Positions 1 to 11,779 of a DNA stretch of 64,000 nt are shown piece by piece (position 1 is the first letter of the stretch; the number at the start of each line of letters is the position of its first letter). The notes below the pieces were generated by a model. The model saw only the letters and a list, made by a program, of their open reading frames with translations, ran no database searches and was not told the origin of the DNA. Source of the stretch: Eimeria praecox (lineage: Eukaryota); contig OY986949.1 in assembly GCA_963920595.1 (NCBI GenBank), positions 4,278,001 through 4,342,000 on the forward strand, written 5' to 3'. The position numbers and the translations under genes are program-made.

Positions 1-36
1 GGGCTGAGCTCCACAGCCGCCAAAAATCATTAAACG

Positions 37-780
37 GTGAAGCCCAATAGTACGCCTCTGAGAGCTTCGCGGCACTCCGCTTTGGTGTTGTGGTGGCAGC
101 TTTCGAGAACATCAAACACGAAAGCTACGAGGCATGACGCACAGACTGGAAGCCGTAGGCTTAAGGCAGCGCTGGCATTTCAGTTAGCACAATCTATCAG
201 TTTTTGGACCTTTACTCGAAACAGGCGTGAGACCTGGTGCTAGCACGTGGACGAGGGCAATTTCCGCCCTAGACCACTGGGATGCAGAACGCAGAAAGGA
301 AGATAGAGTGGAGAGTGCGAGGAATGGCCTCCGCGAGGCATCTTCCCGCCTCTACGCAAAAACGCAAAGTAAGAAAACTGGTGGAAAAACCAAGGTTTTG
401 ATCAAACGCAATTTTTCTGGAGAACCACGTGTTTTTCGGATGGGGCTGTGAACCTTGGGCTGTTTGGGGTGGGGTTGTGCACGGTGTTCTGTGTCTTGCA
501 CTCCAAAGCAGCATGCATCTAAAAATGTTACTGTACTTGCTCAGGGCCATTGCTGCATCATCTTCTCGTTGACGCTTCTGTGTTCATTTGCCGTAGAGGC
601 CCCTGTTTTCGCGGCAGCGCGGGCAGGCACACTGGTTGTTACAGCGTAATGCATCAAACAAGGAGTTTTCACGGGAAGCAAGACCAATTTCTGGCATCGT
701 CTGAGAATTCATGGAGGTACAAGGTGCAAGGCCGGCACACGTTGCAACGTATATATATGAGGTGGCTACTTTGGGCTCAT
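37..780 (+). mobile_element. Highly decayed Ty3/gypsy integrase core and possible chromodomain remnant
   Basis: SALVLWWQLSRTSNTKATRHDAQTGS...ETWC resembles integrase S-FW...TTAxHPQTDGQ...W; RSFHGKQDQFLASSENSWRY resembles chromodomain G-YLVxW...ENSWEP. Stops and frameshifts; weak, by-eye similarity. Confidence 0.3.
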
Positions 781-959
781 GTGTAGCTGTCTGGAGGTGG
801 TGTTTGCAAATTTAACATATGTCCGACGTTAGTACGTAAATTTCTACTTGCGCAGAAGCTAGTTACTGATGTTTGAATGCTTAGCAGCAGACTACATCGT
901 TACTGCGCACACTAAAAGCGGTAAAAGCGGGTGCGCGTACTCTTGCATGTGGGGTTTTG

Positions 960-1655
960 TAGCTTGCTCTGCTGGATGCTGGTACTCGACGTGCCCACAG
1001 GCTGACTATGGAGAATCAAGCAAGTGTTTAACGACAGCCTACACTAAAGTCTGCAATGATAGCAAATGCTGGAAAGTGGGGTAGAGGTTGCGTAACTAGA
1101 GTACTCGATCGATGACTGTCATGAGCTGCAGTAAAGTCAAATACTTGCGAAAACGAGTTCACAAAAAGCAGCTGCTCTCCCCAAGAGCCTCCTGGCATCC
1201 TGAGAGCAGCGGCCGAAGGGCTTGATCAGGGGTAGAATGGCAAGCTGTCCTGGGTTGCAACGCGCCTTGCTGCAAGTAATGTAGCAAGGCAACCCCACGT
1301 GCACGCACAGCCAATCTACATTCGCGAACAATCTGTAGTGTAGAGAGTCGTTAAACACTTACTTGGTGGTCCACTATATTGATACTCTGTGAAGTAGAGG
1401 CACGAGTATCAACAGCACGCAGGCGCTGGTACAGTTTGTGCGAGCGCGTGGGGTTGAACCTTCCCGTGTGCTGCAACCCATGGAAGGCCAGCCCGTGCGC
1501 GCACCAGCCGAGGCCTTTGAGCCACTGCTCTCAGGATGGAAGGAAGCTGGAGGGTATGTCAGCTGCTGTTTGCGGACCCTTTCTTCATATCGTTGAGCCT
1601 AATGCCGCTCGCGGCTGTCTCCAGCTAAGATCGAGCACTGTCGTTACAGGCTCCT
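960..1655. repeat. Dispersed repeat family A, interleaved copies in both orientations
   Basis: 1021-1058 is the approximate reverse complement of 1325-1362, and 1085-1275 of 1455-1650. Core motifs GCAACCCC(A/G)CGTGCACGC and (CAT)TGTAGACTGTA-TGTAG-GTC-TTAAACA recur at ~2620-2680 (-), ~17930-18060 (-) and ~56085-56270 (+). Confidence 0.7.
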
Positions 1656-2614
1656 TTGTAACAGGAGCCACTTAGATGCGCCTTAGAGCTCAAAAGCTGC
1701 TTTTTCTTAGCTTCAGCCCAGGCATTTGCCTCGTTGTGCCCAGCATGCGCTGCGACCGGGGGGCAGCTAGCCGCTTCTTGAAACTATCCCCGCAAGTATT
1801 TTTGTTCTTTTGCAGCCCATGACGCTCGTCATTTAAGATTAAGGACTCTCAGTACACTTAGTAGCACAGCATCGCTGATGGCTGCAGGTGCGAGCAACCC
1901 ATCCCCAGAGTTGGGAATGGGATCGCTCTCCCCGGCTTCGCGCAATGGTCACACCACTAATTAATTGTGAAGGTGCTTTGCCAAAAATAGCTCAGATACT
2001 TTCTTTAAAGCTCAATTGTTTTGTTCAAATTTGAGTTTATCTCTTTGAATAATTAGGACTAGTGAAAATCTTCCCCTTTCTGAGTGATGACCAAAGACGG
2101 GCTCATTCTTCGCATTTAGAGCAGGGGCAGCGTCTGTCGGAAATGCCTTCACCGTCGAAGCAATTCGTAAAGAGTGCCTCTTTAGCCTTCATGTATGGCA
2201 GGTGCCGCGCAGTGGGGGCAATGCAGAGGTTCCTTGCGTCTCTCGAGGCGCGCTGTGTACTTAAAGAACTACAGTTGCTGCTGCTATTTCTCTAAGCAAG
2301 GACATCAACTTTGTGCAGCGCATCTAGAGTATACAAAACTTCCCAAAATGCACCCTTAAAATCTGTTTATACTTAGCCCAGCAAGGGGAAAGGTATGCCC
2401 GAATGGAGAAGACTTGACCAAGGATGCTATGCGTAGAGCTTTGCATTGAGACCTATCAGCCCTTGGTGAACCGAATCCCAGTGAGAGAAGCGGAAAGTAG
2501 TGAATCCTCGATATGAGCACGGCCACAAGTGCAAGCCTGACAGTTTTGTCATGCTCGTCCGGTCTTCTCTGTAGCGTGTTGTAACATGGTTCTTCCGCAA
2601 TTTGTGGCATGCCC

Positions 2615-2690
2615 TTCTACTCTGTGTTAAACAGCAGTCTGCACTGCAGTTCACTGCAGTGTACAATGCTAGCGCATGCATCGAGTTGCG
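2615..2690 (-). repeat. Short copy of repeat family A
   Basis: Reverse complement reads CTAGCATTGTACACTGCAGTG...GCAGACTGCTGTTTAACAC, similar to TTAGCATTGTAGACTGTAATGTAGACTG...TTTAAACAT at 56130-56190. Confidence 0.45.
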
Positions 2691-3979
2691 TTGCAACATA
2701 CAACATGTATGATCCTCTTCAAGCCATCCACATGCCTCTGTGCGCTTCCGTATCCGGGACACTTGGAGGCTGGTGCGAAAGTCAAACGCTTACGAACTAT
2801 ACTTCACACGCTTACGCAATCTACAACAAATTCTGGCACTATGGAGATTTCACTAGCTGAACAGTGCACTATAGGTCTTTTAGAAGCACTATTTCTTAGC
2901 TTGGTGCTGTGAGGCAGCTGTCGCTCGCCCAGTCAACAAAGTTGGCATTGGCGGTCTGAGGAGGCGCTGCACAGAGATTAGAAAGAATTCCATCTGTTTT
3001 AAGGGTGTCCTCTGGTGTTTTTTAGTGTCAGTATAATCTAATTTATTATAAGACAACGGCGAAAGAGAAGGGTCATTCATCAAAAGGGCCCTCCTCGCCC
3101 TCAGCTCCTCCACGTGCACAGTCATTTGTCACCCATATGCATTCATCATTGGAGCTTGTTTCTCAAAAGGATTGCCGTTGCTGGTCGAAGTCGCAGAGAG
3201 GAATGTGCTGAGAACTTATGGGGTTACGGGCAACCGTTCTGTACAACCGCGGGTGAGGGTGATCTCCAGCTTCTGAATGCAGTGAACAGCCTAGCTTTTC
3301 AGCTGACACTACGTGAAACTCTTGCCTGCCCAACTTAGGCGCACATTACCGGTACCTTACTAGAAACCATTAAATACCCAAATCCGACTATTCAAATTCC
3401 CAAGCCGATTTGTTAAAAAATCTCTGCTTAAAAGGACTCTCCTAAAAGCCTGCCCCGTCCTCAAAGAGAGGTAAGACCCCCAGCCTCACCCCCTAAGAGG
3501 CAAGTGTGGAGGGGTAGCCAGCCTCAAATCCTAAGGGCAGTAGGCACAGGCTGCCCATTCGACCATAATAGTGGTCTAAAAGCTCCCTTTTAAACACTAA
3601 ATATCCTTTAGTGCTCGTGCACTACATGCGGCATCCATAGGACACTATTGATGCCTGGACGAGAGAAAGCAGTGCGTGGGCTCGCCTCTTAGCGCTCCAT
3701 GTTTTATATTTTCTACAGTAAAGGGAGTGGAAACATTATCCCAAGAAGAAGTGAGCGAGGCCGCTGCCGCGCATTGTGGAGGCGCTGCGGGGACATATGG
3801 AATGCATTCCTCCACGCAGGTTGTAAGCAGAAAGCAATTTGGAGAATTTAATCCCTTAAATATACGGGGTGCAGCAGGAGTGGGGACGGTTGAAGACATA
3901 GTTATCATATGATAGAGTAATCCCAGTCTTCCCTTCATCCGACCTAGTCAAAGCATTTTTGCATCGTCCGGCGGGGAGC

Positions 3980-4960
3980 ACAAGAGTGCGTTCCGTACCC
4001 GCATTCGCAAGCTAGAGATTCTGCACAGGCAACGTGTCCTCATGAATGCACCTGACGAGGTGCAGTGCAGGACTCATCATTATTTTGTTCCCAGTAAATG
4101 AGGGGCAGATGATTGTACGCACGGACGAGTAGCAGACGCTGCAGTTGATCCTAACTTTTCTTCATCTGGGATCAAACCAGGCTACAATGTAAGCGAGCGC
4201 GTTGACCCGACAGCCAGCACCATAGGGGCCATTCGTATAAGAACGCTAGCGGTGTACAGTCGCGGCAAGCACCCAATGAAGCTATCCATGCGTAGGGAAG
4301 AGCCATTTTCTGTTCGCTCTCAGGCCAGAATGTTCGGTTGCATAGTTTATATACTGAAAGTGGAAATATCAGCAAAATATTAATGCAAGCTTCATAAAAC
4401 GGCCCGGTGGACCGTCAAAATCTCATCGAACACTTGCGAGGAAACGGAAGCAACGCCCTTCCAGGCCGGCAGACGGGTCCAGCGAAACTCAGTTCGTAGC
4501 AAGCATATTGCTTTCAAAGGCCAATATGCCGGAAAAAACCGGCATATTGGCCTTTGAAAGCAATATGCTTTCAGCCTACCTTCCGAGTAAAGCTTGCCCG
4601 GACCAGTCGATCACCCGTGTTCTCTCATTTTTGGGTGGTTTAGACTGTTGCTGAGCCGCGAAAAAGCGGGACAGAGCGTCCCTTTACCTAGGTGATATTC
4701 GACATTAACAACCTTTCAGCTGTTATCTGCGCCCCTTCCGCTGGCTATGGCTAGCTTGGCATCGAAACCTAGGGCGCATCATTTTTGCATCTGCTGGGTA
4801 TTGTTTGTCGACTATGTGCTGGGACCCAATGGGGTTGCCCTGATCCTCGGCTCCACATGCATTTTGACTACTCCCGTAGCATGGTCTGTGTGAAGATATT
4901 GCGCACAAGGTCACTATGGTTGGCCGTGTTAAGTGTTTGCCGTCTGCCGCCAAGGCTACA
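3980..4960 (-). mobile_element. Decayed Ty3/gypsy integrase C-terminus (GPY/F module) and possible chromodomain
   Basis: Minus strand ~4180-4240 reads NGPYGAGCRVNALAYIV (GPY/F module), and the DNA matches 58975-59025 (cgggtcaacgcg...). Downstream VRTII...EDTLPVQNL resembles chromodomain DTWEPxENL. Confidence 0.45.
4501..4570. repeat. Perfect 32-bp inverted repeat with A6 loop
   Basis: AAGCATATTGCTTTCAAAGGCCAATATGCCGG-AAAAAA-CCGGCATATTGGCCTTTGAAAGCAATATGCTT; the arms are exact reverse complements. Confidence 0.97.
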
Positions 4961-5689
4961 AGGTCAGCATACGCAGCAAAAGCGTTGGTTGCGCTCGTGC
5001 TGACACACGTGTGGCTGCTTTACTGCGCTATTTGGAGCAAGGTGTATTGCAGCACGCGACAGGCAGACCCGCGTCCCCGCCAGCCCCAAGGCCGTTGTCC
5101 GCTCTGCCCAAGTCAGGAGGGCTAGTGGTGAGACCGTGTTTTTCGCGAGCTATTTCTTTAAGTCTTTGACTCTATTGCCGTTCAAGAGGGTCCTCCGCTG
5201 AGGAAGAGAACTCCAGCTACGCTTCGTGCCGCTGCCAGCCCATCCTACATATATATGCTAAAGTTAGGATGACTGCTGTAGATTGCGGATCCAAATCCAG
5301 GGAAACCACATGCAAGCATCAGCTCACCAGCCAAGTGATCCACGCAACTGCGCTTACTCGCCGCAGCCAACTGCGGTAGTCTGCATAAGTAGCAAACATA
5401 CACAGCACCCTCAAACACTTCCTGCCAACGTTTCTTCTTGCTTTCCCTTTATTTCTTCCTGCGTGACGGGTGCCAGAGCTCCGCCGGTTTTCTTTTCTGC
5501 TTTCTGTTCATCCACTTTTTGTTAAGATTCTTGGCATATGATCACCTGTTTTGCTTGGGGGAAGTTGCATCATGCTCTATCTGAGATTGGTACATGCTTT
5601 ATTCGCCTGGCCGTTGGCTACTGAGAGGTTCGTACGTGTACCAACTGTGTACGGTGTTGATGAGCGTATCGAAAGGGGGATTGTGTAGG

Positions 5690-5810
5690 GTTCCCACTGC
5701 ATGGCTACGTAAGGGCATCTGCACCTCAGCAAAGAAGCCTCCTCTCTGTTTTAGCTTTAGGCCTTTGTACCGCTGTGCCGAGCAAGCCTGCAGGCTAAAG
5801 AGATCACATC
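5690..5810 (+). repeat. Diverged copy of dispersed repeat family B
   Basis: Shares AGCCTCCTCTC...CTGCAGGCT core with 27690-27840, 37470-37625 (rc) and 60515-60610. Confidence 0.4.
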
Positions 5811-7054
5811 CTTCTGCATGATTCCTACCTAAAGCAATTTGGGCTCGCTGCGCTTCACGACGGTTGCCTGTTTAAGCCGAGGGCCCTCACTACGCAACGA
5901 GCATGGCACGCGGCAAAATGGAGACGCCCCACAGAGCCGCCCTGAAGGTTTATGGCTAGCTCTCCTTGTCCACAAAAGAGTTGGTCGTCAAACTTCACAC
6001 GTTGCAAGCTGGCCAAAAGCTGGTGGTTGGCACTTCACAGCCTCCGCCTTCAAGCAGACAGTACGGAGACGCACCCACTACAGATCCCCATAAGGAGCAG
6101 GGATGCCAGCGAAAACAACCTCAGTACAAGCATGATCACTTTTGTTGTGCATTGTACAGGTGGAAGGGCAAACCTTGCACATGGTTTTCGCACAGACATG
6201 CCTTGTCTCTGTCACGAGATTTAGTGCAGCAGCCCGTCCTCCCACCACGAGTGCATCAAGCATGCTAGGCAGCACACTTTGAGGACTAATATATTAGGGA
6301 TTCGGTCCTCCTTAATATTGATCTTGGGCATTAGTAGGTTTAACGAAGGGGAGGGGCTTCCTGTGCTGCATTTTCGGGGCAGTCCCTCGCATGCCCGTGT
6401 TTAGTTCCGTACTAAGGCACAGGGGAAGCACAGTGTCTGTCCACGTTCGGTTGTTGGCGTGCGAAGCAAAATCCTGCAACATATTCTGCTAGTTCCTGCA
6501 TCAGAAATGTCTCTGAAACACTTTAAGGATATGCTGGATTAGAAGTCTCTACTCCGCTTGTATTTTCCCTTCGTTCTCCCTCCTTCCGCTCGGCGTCGGG
6601 CTACACTCAAAGGTCAGAGCTGGGGAGGGCGCATGCGCAGAACTTCCCGTTTCAACTGGTACAGCTTTCCGTCCTGTTGCATCATCATCACTTCAGCAAC
6701 CGTTTTCGTGCTTGATTCTTTGTGCTGTCCACTGTTATACGGTGGCGCCAAGAACCCCACAACGGAAGTGTTGAGATATCAGGGATGCATGTGACGCAGC
6801 TGGATGCTTCATTTTGCATAAGATCTAAAGACAAAAGCTGGCCTTGGGTGAGTTCTCAAACGCATTACAACTGCGGTTCAAGAGTCCTTCGACTTCTGCG
6901 CAGAAGGTTATTCCGTGCGTCGCTGATCTTTCGCGTGGCCGAGGGGGGGCTAGCACCGGAGGCGGGGTAAACCGAGGTGTAATCCTATCTTTTTTCTTCA
7001 GCTGAGCGGCAGCTAGACTGTTCTGTGGAAAAGCGTTGCTTTTTATCGACGAGG

Positions 7055-9879
7055 ATGGCGATAGTGCCTATTCAAAGGGCGGGTGGCGCAGGCGTAGCCG
7101 CGTGCCTTCTGCAGCTCGCCTTCGTGATAAACTTGGTACCGGTTGCTTTTGCGGCTGAGGGATCGTCGGAACCGAGCCAGGCTGATGCTGGGGGAGGAGA
7201 AGTTCAACAGGGGGAACGACGACCTAGAGTGCCGCACAGTAACACCTTTCAAGTAGTAGAAGACATAGAAGGCATGGATGGGGAACTGAGTGCAGAGTGG
7301 CTGAGCATGCATGCTCATCTGCCTTTGCTTAAACTGGCACTGCCCGCTACCTACATGAGTACATTGATAGACGTAAACACGCCGAAATATGCAGGGAAAG
7401 TCGAGGCACAGGACTTGGGCGTCTTGGATCAGTTAGTAGACGGAATTCGCCATTTCGATGCCCGGTTGTGGAGGGATGAAAGAGCAACAGATCCGATGGA
7501 AGCCTGGTATACAGGTTTGTATGCACAGGGCACACGGAACATCTTGCGTTACGTTGGCATACTAGATTGCATGTTCATCTGCCTTAGTTCACCGGCTTGT
7601 TCCCTTACGATGCGTAAACCACACATATAAACTCATGCTTCACTATTAGCCAACTTTGCTGAGGTTGCTGCTGAAGTAGGGCCAAAGACAGAAGGAATGT
7701 GCTGCTATGGAATGTCTGCAGAGGTGCCGTGGAGGCTTTTTGAAGATGGAGAACTCCTTAAGGGTATAGCGAATGGCAAGCCGCCGGCATCCTTCTCACC
7801 GACTGAAATGGAAGCTCTAGAAGTTCACAGCCGAACCAATATAGTGGATGGCCTGTTCAAGCCAGTCTTGCAGTTCTTACGCAAGGCGCCCAGTGAAGTA
7901 GTCGTCGTCGTGCTCTCAGCGGTGAATGGGAACACACACACTCGACGGAATATGATTGCGAAGGGTTCAGAACTGGCTGAGTCGCTCGCTCACGCTGACG
8001 AACAGCTGAAGGCATTCTTGCAGAGCGGGCAGCCTTACAGTGACAATGCTCACGAGGCGAATTCCCCTGCTTCTGCTGCGGCTTCTACATTGGTCCGAGT
8101 AGTGCCACACTCAGCTTACCAGAGTCCTTGGCTTGATAGCTTTGTAAAGAAGGGTGTGTCGTTTGACCACTTCGCGGAGATCACCAAACTTATCGACACG
8201 CACTGGGGCCCATTGCTTCTTCACCACTCAGATATGTTTGTAGGTGCAAACAACGAAAGCAAGAGTATGAGGGACAGCGTCACCGATATTGAATCATTCA
8301 GGGAGTGGCAACGCAGCCAAGGGGTGGCGCTCCTTGGAAAGCCTATATCGGAGTTGCTTGACATTAAAGTGCGGCTTATTTTGTTCGTCGATGATCCATT
8401 GTTGGCGTGGTTCATTACCACCAGGTCGCGCTCGCAGGTGGTAGCACTTGTGAAGGCGGATCATGTGTATGACGTTTCTTACATGTCGGAGTCGTTCTCT
8501 GCTCCATGCGCCTCTCCACACACTGCAAGAACCGGTGGGCCATATTGTGAAACAGAGGCATTCCAGCCTAATGGCCTGCATGTTTCGGTGCCGCAGTGTA
8601 GCGGTATATGGGAAGCAGGAGGTAGGAAACAGGGATATGTGGCATTTCTGTTGGTACCCCGTGGTGTTGCGGTGCAGGCGGATCGTCGAAGAGTCGCGAC
8701 AGCAGCTGGCCAGCGTGCCGTAGTTGGTGCACCACGGTTGGCCCTAAGGAGTGCACTTCGTGGTCGTGGAAGCCAGCCGAAACGGACCAGAAAGTACAGC
8801 CTGCCAGGAGTCGTCGCGAAGGTGACCTCAGCAGCATCTGGGAGGAAAGGGCGGACGAAGAACTGGGGAGATGCGAACTCTTCGGTAGGGCACCAGTTGA
8901 ACTGTCTTTTGAAGCCATCACTCAAGGAGCGGATTGCCCGAATGATGACCTTATAACCTCAGACCTCCCATGGGACAATATGGCTGTTATGGGGGACTTA
9001 CTGCTTTCCATTCTGCCGGTGGTTAAAATATCGGCAAGTTCTCGCCGTCGGAACATGCGTGGAGTGGGGTCTGTGAGTTTTGGATTTGATTCCCGGGTCT
9101 CTATGCTTACCACGGGATCTGCGAGCGGCCACGAGGAGAAGTACGGCATTTCCCAGAAGCTAATTCGCGTCCTTTTCGCCCCACCAACACCGCAGGTTCG
9201 CATAGAGGCGTCACAGAGGGCGGCTTACAGCAGCAGGGGAGATGCTGTGAGGAGATTCAACGCTACCCTTGCTGACTTGGTGCTTGCGGTGCTCTTGAGG
9301 TACCACATTCTTGAAAGGAACCATGTTCAGAGTAGGCCTATTAATGCCATTCAGTTAGCTAATTATCGCCGGATAAGAAGCCGCCTGGAGCCGTTCGCGT
9401 CTGCCAGCTTTTTCCAGCACATGACGATCCTAAATCCTTCGGCAGCTATCAATCCCCACCTTTTGGCGTTTCCGGTAAGCTGCTTACACAGCATGTATGC
9501 GTGGCAGCAGTCAAAGTATAGCTTGTCTTCTGTTTACGGATGGACAGTGAATAATTGCTGTGGTAGTGTATGGATATGCTGGGACCTGCTGCAGGAGGAT
9601 AGCTATGGAGTTACGTTGAAGGATCCAAGGGTTGCGACAACTGCCCATAGTTTCCCACCACCTCATGGCGGAGCTTCCGTGACGATGTGGTTGTGTTTCA
9701 TTGGAATAGTAACTGCGATATCTTTGTGTGTCTTCATTTCTACGCTTTGGTGCACATGCCATCCCAGCGGCTTCTTGCGGAAGGTGTGCCACCGCCGTGC
9801 GACGGCGACGGCCCCTTCAGTAGCTTCAGGAGGCGTGGTCAGCTTATCTAACGTTTCGTCATCTGGTACCGCTGCGTGA
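7055..9879 (+). CDS. Type I membrane protein: signal peptide, PI-PLC X-domain-like barrel (probably inactive), inserted PAN/apple domain, C-terminal TM
   Basis: Proposed exons 7055-7514, 7722-~8473, 8597-8621, 8678-9474, 9595-9879 with phase-consistent GT-AG sites (exon 2 donor is weak). Hydrophobic leader ending AFA-AE; WLS...PLLKLALPATYMS, QDLGVLDQLVDGIRHFDARL, PSEVVVVVL and INAIQLANY match PI-PLC X motifs; six-Cys PAN pattern at 8597-8937; TM MWLCFIGIVTAISLCVFISTLWC. Confidence 0.75.
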
Positions 9880-11779
9880 GCTATTATGGGCTAAGCCTCT
9901 GTCCAGCATGCCGAGTTGTTCGTTAACGGCTTTTTCTGGGTGTCCTGTGAAGCGCATTGGTTTCTCGTCAGCTTCACCAACGCAAGGTATCTGGACAGTG
10001 TCACTACTGGTAGGCGCCTATGCAGGCGCCACCAGCGATTTTTTAATGCCTTGATGAGTGAATGCAGATGTCCGAGTCCCAGCATGTGTTCCTCTGCGTC
10101 GCTTGCTTTGGTCGTATTTTGGCTATTCCACCAACCAGCACGGTGAGGAGCTCGAGTACGAAGCACCTGTACGTGAAGACGCAGCGGGTTGGCCAGACTA
10201 CGACGGGCTTTTGGCGCGGACGTGAGGTTACAGGCACATGCAGAAGAACGGTAGGAGAGGGGGCTCAATCATCCGCGCCGCATGCTCGCCGTGACGAGGA
10301 GAGTGTTGGCCTTGGTTGGCTCTCCAAGGGATATCGAGCAGTGGAATGGACGGGGTTTGTTGACTGAGACCAAACAGCATGAAGGCTGAGGCAGGTGGTC
10401 TGTTCCTGATGTACAAATGACTTCATACGGAAACAGACACCCGGGCCGCTTTGTTGCACAGAAGGCCACGTTGTGCAGGTGTCAGATACCTGAAACTCTG
10501 TTGAGACGTTCATGTGCGGGCATGAAGCGCATGCTTTCCGTGGAGAACCCAAATTAACTGTGCTGCTTTGCTGCTGCCGAACTGCATGAACGGCTGGAAA
10601 TGCCTCACAAAAAGGGGCAAGCGTCAGCTGAAAGTAAATGCTTGTGCGCCCTGAATTGAGAAAAACCCACCGCTGCGATCGCTACAGGCAGCTTTCAACT
10701 CAACAACGACGAATTGAGTTTGGAACTGATTTAAGGGGTTAAATGGGTGTCAGGTAGGCTGGCTCAGCTAGCGCGACGGGCTCAGCGAAGTTGTTGTAAA
10801 GCAGAGTAATGTTGTTTCGACCTGGAAAAAAGTGAAAAGTTGCGGATAGTGAAGCACTCGCCAGCAAGCTTACAAGCTAGGATCACAAGCCGCTTACAGT
10901 CTAGATTCTTGCGATAGGGAGGGCGGTAGAAAGCTGGAGCAAGCATTGTGATAAGGCGGGCATCGCCTATCAGCTTAAGAGAGTGAAGCATTTGGGTCCT
11001 ATAGGTGTAGTGTTTAAATCCTTGTCAGTGGTGTGTGCAAGTCGTATAAGCTCTTACATGATTGTCTTGCACACACCCATTGCAGACATGCACTGCAGTT
11101 TGGGGGCTTCACTGTTTAGGGTCAGCGTTACCATGTGTTCGAAACGTGTTGCTGGGATATCTACTCCTGCTGTCACTTCCTTCGTGGTGTTCTTTATTGG
11201 TTGTATCAGTGTAACTGGTACAGCCTTTTGTCGAGTTTAATTCCAGTTAGGCGGTAATTTGCAAATCTGCCATGTGCTGGGCTGCATTTCACCCTAGGCA
11301 CAAGGATAAAAGGAATATAAAAGTTGTTAGGAGGGGCTACCGCCTACTTTTTGTAGCCCTGGACGCATGCAGAATAAGCGTAAGCTAGAAAGAAAACCTA
11401 TGGTGTGCGGCAGCATAAAGATACCCTCTCCATCGGCCAGCGGTGCTGGTCTGCCGTCGCGAAAGGGGCCAAAACTTCAAAGAAGTCGCACTTCCCTGTT
11501 AGAAATAACCCAAAAATAGTCTTACGCATCCTTTGTAGGAGACACGTGGGGCACACTGCAACCGCACCACATATTGTTGCATATAACTGAATCCCTGCTG
11601 CCCTACCGTATTTCCCTGTTCAAACCAGCCATAAATCAACATGCTCCGGTAGACTGATAGAAAAAGATGAAGGGGAAAGGATGAAGATCTAGGCTCTTTT
11701 CTGCACCGGCAGGGAAGCAAGCTACGCTGCCCATGGACGCAAAGTTGTTGCAATCGAGAGTTTTGTTCTTCACACACAA

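Noticed and set aside
6291..6318. Short hairpin ATATTAGGGA...TCCTTAATAT
   Set aside because: About 10 bp with a mismatch; expected by chance.
8678..8956. Arg-rich tail of the 419-aa ORF (7697-8956) as real protein
   Set aside because: The alternative frame gives a six-Cys PAN pattern and runs on into the TM-bearing ORF.
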